38,158 bases of DNA. Origin: Pseudomonadota bacterium (GTDB lineage Bacteria > Bdellovibrionota_C > UBA2361 > OMII01). Positions 1 through 7,381 of this stretch are shown here, piece by piece (position 1 is the stretch's first letter; each line of letters opens with the position of its first letter). The translations under genes were made by a program, and so were the position numbers. The notes under the pieces were generated by a model. That model was not told where the DNA came from, searched no databases, and was given only the letters and a program-made list of their open reading frames with translations. The stretch is from NCBI GenBank assembly GCA_900299055.1, contig OMII01000090.1, positions 1 through 38,158 on the forward strand, written 5' to 3'.

Positions 1-2
1 AA

Positions 3-506
3 GGTATTGATGTGCTCACCGGCGGCGGGCCTGGCCTGATGGAAGCTGCCAACAAAGGGGCACGCCTCGGTCGAGAAGAAAAGCAGACTCGAAGTCTGTC
101 GTATGGATTGTCAATTCAGTTGGAGTTTGAGCCAGAGCCGAATCGGCACATCGATATCAAGCGACACCATCATAAGTTCTCCTCGCGCCTCGACGATTTT
201 ATACGGTTATCTCACTCGGTAGTATGCACGCCGGGAGGAATCGGAACGCTACTCGAGTTCTTTTTTGTGTGGCAGTTGATTCAGGTGAAGCACGCCACGC
301 CGCGACCGATTGTGTTGCTGGAGAAGGAGTTCTGGGAGGGAGTTCTGGACTGGATGCGAGATGTGCCACTTGCTCGCGGGCTCGTGGGAGAGAAAGATTT
401 TAGTAATATTCACATCGTGGATACGCCAGAGGAGGTCTTTGAGATCATCTCCACCCATCACCGCGAGTTTAGGGCACGCGCTGGGGCAGTTGAAGAATCT
501 GCATAG
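3..506 (+). CDS. LOG/SLOG family nucleotide phosphoribohydrolase (lysine decarboxylase-like), 5'-truncated by window edge
   Basis: TGGGPGLMEAANKGA and PGGIGTLLE (PGGxGTxxE) motifs. The reading frame is open back to position 3 (GIDVLTGGG), so the true start lies outside the window. Confidence 0.9.
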   Translation, partial: GIDVLTGGGPGLMEAANKGARLGREEKQTRSLSYGLSIQLEFEPEPNRHIDIKRHHHKFSSRLDDFIRLSHSVVCTPGGIGTLLEFFFVWQLIQVKHATPRPIVLLEKEFWEGVLDWMRDVPLARGLVGEKDFSNIHIVDTPEEVFEIISTHHREFRARAGAVEESA

Positions 507-1050
507 CCTTCAGAGGCCAGGGTGGTGAGGTTATAGCGTTTCCACAAGACAACGCTGCGGTAGAGTTCACAGGGAGTGCGGCTATAAACTCGCCGATGAT
601 GACTACGTGCCGCTGGTGGCTTTTTCAACGAGGGAGTCGGGCACTATTCGCAGTAGGTCCACAATGGCTGCGTTCTCGGTTTCAAAAATAGACAAAGTGG
701 GCGCTTTCTCGAGTCAGCTGAATTGTGGTGATTAGCCGATGATGGCTCTGCCGGAATGGACCAGAGAAGATGCAAAATGCCTGTCTCTGGCCTCGCGGTC
801 CGTATACGAGTCGCCTGCTTGCAGAGGGTGGCAGGTACACTCTCGTACGAGCCGCACGAAGGCCTTGTCCGACGTGGCGTTTGAGCACGAAGGTGGATGC
901 AGGTGGTGCAGGCGCTCTTTGCTCTTTCAGAGACGCTCGGTGTCTCTGCTCAGTCGTTCGGCTTCGAACGAGCCGATACCCTGCTGGATGTCCCCGTATG
1001 GCGCCCATATCGACTTTTCACAGGGTGATTGTTCAAGATATTATTTGGGG

Positions 1051-2136
1051 ATGCGGCTTTATTCCTTGCTGACCCTTTGGGTCTTTATCGCAGTGCTGGC
1101 GAGTCCTATATCCTCACGAGCTGATGACCGTATTGCTATAGGCGTTTCGACCATTCTTACTGGAGACGGATCGACCTACGGCGAAGATATTAAAAATGTA
1201 CTTCTCTTCGCTAACGATAAGATAGGACACGGCCGGTTCCGCCTTGTCATCGAAGACGATAAATGTAATCCAAAAGACGCTGTCAGCGTGGCGAAAAAGC
1301 TCACATCATCCGACAGGGTGCAAGGAGTAGTAGGCTATGGGTGTAGCGGAGCTCTTCTTGGAGCGGCACCTGTGCTCGATCGATTAGGCATCCCAACGAT
1401 CGGAACAGTTGTTTCCTCAGCGAAGATATCACAAGCCGGACCTTACGTCTTTCGAACACATCCAAGTGATGAAGTCGGGGTGCAGGTTCTAATGTCGCGT
1501 TTGCAAAAGGAACACCGAACGTTTGGTGTTTTGAGTGCTCAAACTGATTTCTGTCAGGGTATTCTTGAGGGCTTGCAAAAACTTCCGCGTAGCAATGACC
1601 TCGTTATCTATGCCGAAGACGCTTTGCCGTCAGATCCCGACTTCAAGCCAGCGCTCCTGCGACTACGCTCGAAGAAGATCGATGGACTGTTCTTAAACGC
1701 GCAGGATGAAGGTGGTGCGTATCGAATGCTGAAGCAGGCAAGAGAGATCGGCCTCAACGTTCCGTTTTACACGTTCTATCTTGGAGCGAGTGCCGCGTTT
1801 TTCTCGCTGGCGGGTGGGGACGCTGAGGGAGTTGTCACGGTCGACACTCCATCGCTTGAGGAGATCTCAACTCCTGACGGTAAGAGGCTCTTTGAGGAGT
1901 TCATCGAGCGGTACGGACCTATGAAGTCGTGGAACTACTCCTTCGCAACAACTTTTGAGGGGTTCCGAGCCTTGTCACAGGCGCTCTTATATACTGGTGA
2001 TCCAATAGAGTACCTACGAAAAACCGAATTCAATGGCATTTTTGGGCCGTATTCATTCGACGAGCACGGTGATATTCGAGGCATTAGTCAGGTGCTAAAG
2101 ATCAATCAGGGTGGGCGCGCTGTAACAGTGCATTAG
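1051..2136 (+). CDS. Periplasmic substrate-binding protein, type I (LivJ/LivK branched-chain amino acid family)
   Basis: Signal peptide MRLYSLLTLWVFIAVLASPISSRA from ATG 1051. Motifs IEDDKCNP, VVGYGCSGA, YVFRTHPSD and FNGIFGPYSFDEHGD are typical of the family. The ORF-track start at 739 is probably over-extended. Confidence 0.85.
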   Translation: MRLYSLLTLWVFIAVLASPISSRADDRIAIGVSTILTGDGSTYGEDIKNVLLFANDKIGHGRFRLVIEDDKCNPKDAVSVAKKLTSSDRVQGVVGYGCSGALLGAAPVLDRLGIPTIGTVVSSAKISQAGPYVFRTHPSDEVGVQVLMSRLQKEHRTFGVLSAQTDFCQGILEGLQKLPRSNDLVIYAEDALPSDPDFKPALLRLRSKKIDGLFLNAQDEGGAYRMLKQAREIGLNVPFYTFYLGASAAFFSLAGGDAEGVVTVDTPSLEEISTPDGKRLFEEFIERYGPMKSWNYSFATTFEGFRALSQALLYTGDPIEYLRKTEFNGIFGPYSFDEHGDIRGISQVLKINQGGRAVTVH

Positions 2137-2341
2137 GTGATGTGTCTGTAGCGTTACCGGATTGATTTGCCAGCGCGATTGTTGAGCAAATGTTTAGAAA
2201 AAATCGTTGTGACAGGGACTGTAAGACACAAGTCATCGACGCTCAAATATATGCTGTAGAAAAGTAGATGCCGTGTGGTGCAAGTATATGCGAGGGGCCG
2301 CGCACCGGGCTCACATCACGAAGCTAGCGAAGGTTAGCTTC

Positions 2342-3121
2342 TCATTCAGTGCCGTTGCACCTCCTTTGATCAAAGAACGGCAGTTCGATCTGCAGCCGTC
2401 CATGTTTTGACAAAATCGGTAACGATGAGAGGGTCTCACTGAACCGCCCAGTCTCAGGCAGAACATCACCCAAAGTTCCGGCGTTGAGGCCAAAAAGCTT
2501 TAACGCTGCGGCGTGGTCATGGGATGGTGCCTGTGTAAATGCCGCTATCTTGCTATTAGACATAGCCAAGAATTGTGCGTAGTAAAGTTTTGGGGTTACC
2601 ACCCTGGGATCTCGATACGGCTTTGGAACGTAGTCCGCCCTTTTTATCCCTCCTGAATCGGCGTAGTAAGGTGAGAAAGCTTCAACGAAACGGGCCATCG
2701 ATTGCTGTGAACACGGAGTATTGGGATCTTGATCTACTCCGAGCGAACATAAAAAGACTCCCAGTACTCGCGACTTTCCCGGCAAAGGCAGCGTAACTCT
2801 GTACGTGCCAACATTTTTGTCGTCAGTTTTTTCCGCAAGGGGCTCTCCTTGCCACTCTATGGGCGACGTCTCTCCGATAGCCTCAACGGTTAATTTGAGC
2901 GCGAGATCACCTCGAGCGTTCTGGAGATCATTAAGAATCAGATCGTAGTCTCCAAACATACAGCGAGATACAGGAACCAAGTCAAAAAGAAAAACTTGCT
3001 CACGTTCTCCTGCTTTGAGCACTGTCATCTCGGCAAGGCCTTCAGCGTAGCTTTTCCTTGCTATGACAAACGCTACAAGGGTAGCACACCCCAATTGCGC
3101 GATCATCCTCCGTAATTTCAT
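2342..3121 (-). CDS. Hypothetical secreted protein, co-oriented with the Hint-domain gene
   Basis: 259-aa ORF with a GGAGG RBS upstream, N-terminal signal peptide-like segment (..ARKSYA/E) and four Cys in the mature part. No family recognised. Confidence 0.7.
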   Translation of the reverse strand: MKLRRMIAQLGCATLVAFVIARKSYAEGLAEMTVLKAGEREQVFLFDLVPVSRCMFGDYDLILNDLQNARGDLALKLTVEAIGETSPIEWQGEPLAEKTDDKNVGTYRVTLPLPGKSRVLGVFLCSLGVDQDPNTPCSQQSMARFVEAFSPYYADSGGIKRADYVPKPYRDPRVVTPKLYYAQFLAMSNSKIAAFTQAPSHDHAAALKLFGLNAGTLGDVLPETGRFSETLSSLPILSKHGRLQIELPFFDQRRCNGTE

Positions 3122-3153
3122 CGTTTATTCCTCCGTGCCCTGGGGAAATTAAC

Positions 3154-4158
3154 CTACTTCTTTCGTTTTGCTGAGATCTCATGCTGTACAATCAGATCTC
3201 CCACCACTAACCCGTCAGCCACCATGAGTCCGTCGCTCGGCAATCCGTGCCGTTCTAAAATAAAATTGATCACAGAGAGTCCTGCCGTAGGTCTCTCCCG
3301 TGATACCTTACGGACCTTGACTTTCTCCCCGGCCGAATCCTGTAGGATGTCTCCTGAGCGGATCTCTTGCGCCTGTCGCCATCCACGCGCCATGAACATC
3401 GGATGCTCGGTGGAAGCTCTAAGTGTCGCCCCATCGGTCTTCAGTACAACAAGCGCTTTCCTCTCGGGGCCCTCAGAGATATTCAGAATTTTCACCGCCT
3501 TCTTGGTCACGGGATTCCAAACTGTCTCGCCTGCGGAGAACTCCTCAATCTTCTTATAGGTCACTCCATCACCGGTGAGAATGTTCACTCCATGAGGGAA
3601 GCAGCCGTACTGCCATCGGACGAGGCCGCAAAGAAAGCAGGATTGCGCAGCGTTGCCCGAGAATTGGCGATCAAACAAACCACTGTCAATTGTCCACTGC
3701 CTCTGATTTATATAATCATTGATGAGGGCGTCGGAGCGAACCCAGGTAAAGTTTGTGACTAAGTTAACTCCTGTGGTGCCGAGTGTCTGTGAATTAGGAT
3801 TCTTGGCACACACCCAGGAAGAGTCGTTATCATTGAGGTACCAGCGCTTTCGAGCTGTATCGTACTCCATCTTAGCGCCATTAAACTGGTACGTGATGCC
3901 GTCGTGCACTTGATTGGCTAATGACACCTGGCTAACCGTTCGCCCGTCACAAAAACTGGCGGGGGGCGGTGGAACGGGCGTTGCCGTAGGCGGCACCGTC
4001 GCTGTCGGTGGAACAGATGTAACGCTATCATTTTGCCCATTTTCGGATTGCCGCTGGGCCCAGGCACGAGTTGCAGTAGCAGATAGCGATCCACCACTAG
4101 AGATGAATATCAACGCTACAAGCAGTCGCTTGCTATGAATATGGCGTTGCCCCTTCAT
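3154..4158 (-). CDS. Secreted protein with C-terminal Hint (Hedgehog/intein) autoprocessing domain
   Basis: Signal peptide and Pro/Thr linker, then G/CFPHGVNILTGDG (Hint block A, Cys codon 3603-3601), LRASTEHPMF (block B TxxH) and VINFILE..GLMVADGLVVGD (blocks F/G). ATG 4158 is preceded by AAGGAAG; the alternative start is GTG 4173. Confidence 0.85.
   Translation of the reverse strand: MKGQRHIHSKRLLVALIFISSGGSLSATATRAWAQRQSENGQNDSVTSVPPTATVPPTATPVPPPPASFCDGRTVSQVSLANQVHDGITYQFNGAKMEYDTARKRWYLNDNDSSWVCAKNPNSQTLGTTGVNLVTNFTWVRSDALINDYINQRQWTIDSGLFDRQFSGNAAQSCFLCGLVRWQYGCFPHGVNILTGDGVTYKKIEEFSAGETVWNPVTKKAVKILNISEGPERKALVVLKTDGATLRASTEHPMFMARGWRQAQEIRSGDILQDSAGEKVKVRKVSRERPTAGLSVINFILERHGLPSDGLMVADGLVVGDLIVQHEISAKRKK
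3958..4017 (-). repeat. Pro/Thr-rich peptide repeat linker (VPPTAT-VPPTAT-PVPPPPA)
   Basis: Seen directly in the translation of the Hint-domain gene. Confidence 0.8.
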
Positions 4159-4565
4159 CGAATCTTCCTTCACGTGATCTCTCGGATTGGTAATCGACTC
4201 CTCGCGAGACTTTCTTGAGTAATGCTTTATTTGCGCCGTGATTACAAGAGTTTGGAAGTTCGTTGTGGGGTTGCCGAATTGCTTTGCTAGCGCTACTTCT
4301 GCCCAATTTCTCTGCGATAATCAGGAAGACTAGGTAGGTGAAACGCACGTCTCTCTTCGTGAGCTCAGTAAGTAAGGAGTGCTCCTCAGCCTCAGCCTCT
4401 GCATCTCGGTACGCTCTGCGATTGTACGAAGCTTAGAGCTTTGAGCTCAGAAATAGCCACTGACTATGTTGTGGTCAGCGGTGCCAGGGAAGGGAGCTGC
4501 GTCTGTGTTGAGGACCCCTTGCCATCGTGTGGTTCATTAGCGTAAGCGCGTGAAGCCAATGTCTG

Positions 4566-5993
4566 TTACGGCTGTTCTATCTCAGCCTCGGCTTGCCGCC
4601 TCTCGGCGGCTGCACGGATCGCTTCTAAGAAGCGGTTGCGAATTTCCTCTCTACGAGCCTCTTCTTCTGAGGCATTCGCGGGTATGCTCTCAGATTCAAC
4701 GGGTTCTTCAGATTCGTTGTAAACCTCCTCGACAGGTGCTGGAGCGCCCGGAGATTTGCTGCTCGCGGACTCTAACAATGAGAAGAGATTGCCAGATTTA
4801 TCTGCCTGGGCTTGGTTCGCTTGAGTCTTGTCATCTGCGGCGCTTTTAAAGTTGGCAACACCGCGCGCCGTATCAAGAAGGGATGTCTTGATAATACTTG
4901 GATAGTGGTCGAGCACAAAATCTTCGCTGGACTTCTTCGATGTCTCCTGCTGGCGAGATAGCGTTGTGTCCGCGACGACTACGTCTGTTGAGCCTTCATC
5001 CTTTATCGAGTGCGCTGGTGCATCGCCCGAAGCTGGGCGCTCTGTTGTTGGCTGGACTTTGTGCTCAGATACTGTGGCTGCCTTAATGGCTGAGCCGCTC
5101 TCGTGTGCGTGAGGTGTTGGGCGCCGTGAATTCGAGAAAAAGCCTATGCCTACCCATACGCTTAGAGCAACACCCAGTGATACTGCTGATACTTTCGCTA
5201 TCGCTTGCCCCCGGCGAGGACGCGTAGGATCCAATAGCGTATCTGTTGAAGCAGGTGTTCCGCTCATTGCTGCAGTCGCGAGAGCTACTTTCTCCGGAGC
5301 TCGGCTAGCTTGCTGGTGTTCTTGGCGTACCTTGTCTCTGATTTCGTTGATGAGTGCGTTGTTATGTGATCCCGCTGCTCCAAAGCCGATCGTTCTCTGA
5401 GAAGTTTGACCAACTTCAATTCGCTCGACTGATTGATTGTCGATCCAGCTCTCAGGCCGATAGGAGAGTGCTGGGATTACGATCAGAGCTTTGCGTGATC
5501 GCGCAAATGTTGCTAGCAAATCCGCTGCGCGTTCACGCCACTGACCGGAGATGTTTTCGAAGGGGTCGTTCAGAACTAGAACCCGCTCGGGATCGGTTGT
5601 GGCGGCGATCAATCGTAGCCTGGCTTCTTGATCAGCACTTAAGTCAGAGCATTTTTTTTCCGCTACGTTCTCAAGGCCGATTTGTAAGAGAAGAGCGTCC
5701 GCGGCCGAGTCGTTGATGTCATGCTTTGCGAGAAAGTCGCGCACAAGTAGTCCGGTTGTAGGTGAAGGCTCTCCAAAGCCGATAACGATATGTTCTTCTG
5801 CGCGGTATTCGTTGCCGGCGCAGGTGACCACGAGATTCTCTTTTCCTGGCGAACCCCCAAGGGCTCTCTGGTAGGGGCGCAGGTCGCTCGGCACTGACGC
5901 TCGAAGCACCGAGATCTTCCCGGCGAGGCAGTTTACCACGTTTAAAAGTTCCCCTGAGTTGGATAGAAGCTTGAGTTGTAACTTGTTCGGCAT
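4566..5993 (-). CDS. Degenerate ABC-ATPase-like domain + single TM helix + low-complexity C-terminal region
   Basis: LSADQEARLRLIAA..PERVLVLNDPFENIS aligns to the ABC signature/Walker B/D-loop. The hydrophobic segment VSAVSLGVALSVWVGIGFF is a likely TM helix. Confidence 0.65.
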   Translation of the reverse strand: MPNKLQLKLLSNSGELLNVVNCLAGKISVLRASVPSDLRPYQRALGGSPGKENLVVTCAGNEYRAEEHIVIGFGEPSPTTGLLVRDFLAKHDINDSAADALLLQIGLENVAEKKCSDLSADQEARLRLIAATTDPERVLVLNDPFENISGQWRERAADLLATFARSRKALIVIPALSYRPESWIDNQSVERIEVGQTSQRTIGFGAAGSHNNALINEIRDKVRQEHQQASRAPEKVALATAAMSGTPASTDTLLDPTRPRRGQAIAKVSAVSLGVALSVWVGIGFFSNSRRPTPHAHESGSAIKAATVSEHKVQPTTERPASGDAPAHSIKDEGSTDVVVADTTLSRQQETSKKSSEDFVLDHYPSIIKTSLLDTARGVANFKSAADDKTQANQAQADKSGNLFSLLESASSKSPGAPAPVEEVYNESEEPVESESIPANASEEEARREEIRNRFLEAIRAAAERRQAEAEIEQP

Positions 5994-6146
5994 TGCCAGT
6001 CTCGCTGCTTGGTCGCCTATGAGTATCGGTCTAATACGAGGAATACATAAGGATTAAGGGTTGAACGTCGAGAGGAAAAGGGACGCACGTTTGCAAAACG
6101 TTATATTACGATGAGGGTCGTCTAACTTACTGAATCGAAATGATTA

Positions 6147-7277
6147 TTAGATGGGCCGCGGTCGATCGACCTTTGCAAACGCGGTATCCTCTGCGATCTC
6201 TTCCTGCAGCGACCCCGAAACGAGGAGGCGATCAAAAACTTTTCCCTTCTCAAAAGGCCGGGTTCGCTCTGAGCGTAGCCCCTTTCGGAGTCGCGCTGTT
6301 CCATAAAACGAATCTCCACAGACGAGCGCTTCAGTACCTAGCCGAGTTTTGCAGGGCGGCGTAAGAATCCGCACTCCTGACGGTACAGAGCCGCCTTGCT
6401 GGAAAATAAATGCGGCGTACTTGATCCTGTGCTTGTTAAAGGAGAGTAGATGATCGAGCTGTGCGTTGAGCGGTGGTTGCTGCCACTCGAGTGTGTCGTG
6501 ACACCAGTCAGTGGCTGACGCGGAGAGCATTGGACACTCGCTTGAGCGAGTGCACGGGAAGATTGGCGCAAGGTCTGAGCGGGAGGCTACGACTCGATCG
6601 CGCATCTCCATTAAGCGACGAGTGTGGAGTTGCTGTCCCGGCTCAAGTAGTAGCAGATATCCACCGCGAGACACGGATTGAGTGAGAGCACTGAGTGTCG
6701 CCACTGACTGCTCATGGCTCAGCTCAGCGAGAACGTTTGCCGCAACTACTAGATCGTACGTCTCGAGACGCGGCTCTACAGAGTTTCGCATCCTAACGCC
6801 GAGTAGGTTGTTATTAATATCCCACGCCTCGATAAGGCTTAAGGCGAGCTCGCTCATGTGCGGCGAGCTTTCAACGCAGGTTATGCGCACTCGTTGCTGA
6901 AGAGAGCTGAGAATCGCCAGTGCCGCCGTGCCGGGACCGCACCCCACATCTAACATCGAGATCTCCGAGCGTTCAAATTGTAGCAACGGGGAGAGATGCA
7001 GAAGTTTAGCGGCGTTTATCGGGGTATAGTAGAGGGCATACGCTTGAGCTGCCCGTGCACTGTGTATTGGTGAGTGCAGCCTCGTGCCGGTCTCGTGCGT
7101 TACGTAGGCTTCAGAGACCCGGCGGAGTTCGGTAACATACGGCTGGAGCTCACGATGGGCGACGTCGCCCAGCTTATACTGGGCGAAAGCCGCCTCTGAG
7201 AGGATATTTTTCGCGATATAGCTCTCTAGTGTGGCGACGTGGCTCATGGGCATCAGTTTTAAGCGTATAGGACGCAA
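6147..7277 (-). CDS. Rsm22/METTL17-like (small ribosomal subunit Rsm22 family) SAM-dependent methyltransferase
   Basis: AYALYYTP, MLDVGCGPGTA (SAM motif I), YDLVVAANVLAEL, LLLLEPG and PCTRSSECPM..DWCH, KYAAFIF. The start could be a slightly downstream ATG. Confidence 0.8.
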   Translation of the reverse strand: MRPIRLKLMPMSHVATLESYIAKNILSEAAFAQYKLGDVAHRELQPYVTELRRVSEAYVTHETGTRLHSPIHSARAAQAYALYYTPINAAKLLHLSPLLQFERSEISMLDVGCGPGTAALAILSSLQQRVRITCVESSPHMSELALSLIEAWDINNNLLGVRMRNSVEPRLETYDLVVAANVLAELSHEQSVATLSALTQSVSRGGYLLLLEPGQQLHTRRLMEMRDRVVASRSDLAPIFPCTRSSECPMLSASATDWCHDTLEWQQPPLNAQLDHLLSFNKHRIKYAAFIFQQGGSVPSGVRILTPPCKTRLGTEALVCGDSFYGTARLRKGLRSERTRPFEKGKVFDRLLVSGSLQEEIAEDTAFAKVDRPRPI

Positions 7278-7381
7278 GTCTAACGAAGCTTACGGAGCTT
7301 TACTAGGGTGTGCTAGGACTTGCATAAGTGCCCTTTATGGGCGACGTTAGCGGTACGTTTTGATCTGACGAGCGCGACGCC

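Noticed and set aside
739-1050. 104-aa N-terminal extension of the substrate-binding protein in the ORF track
   Set aside because: The composition is not protein-like (Arg/Ser/Cys-rich), and a clean signal peptide begins at ATG 1051.
3154-3603. Canonical intein or mobile homing element
   Set aside because: There is no terminal His-Asn, no +1 Cys/Ser/Thr, no homing endonuclease and essentially no C-extein, so it is treated as a Hint autoprocessing domain instead.
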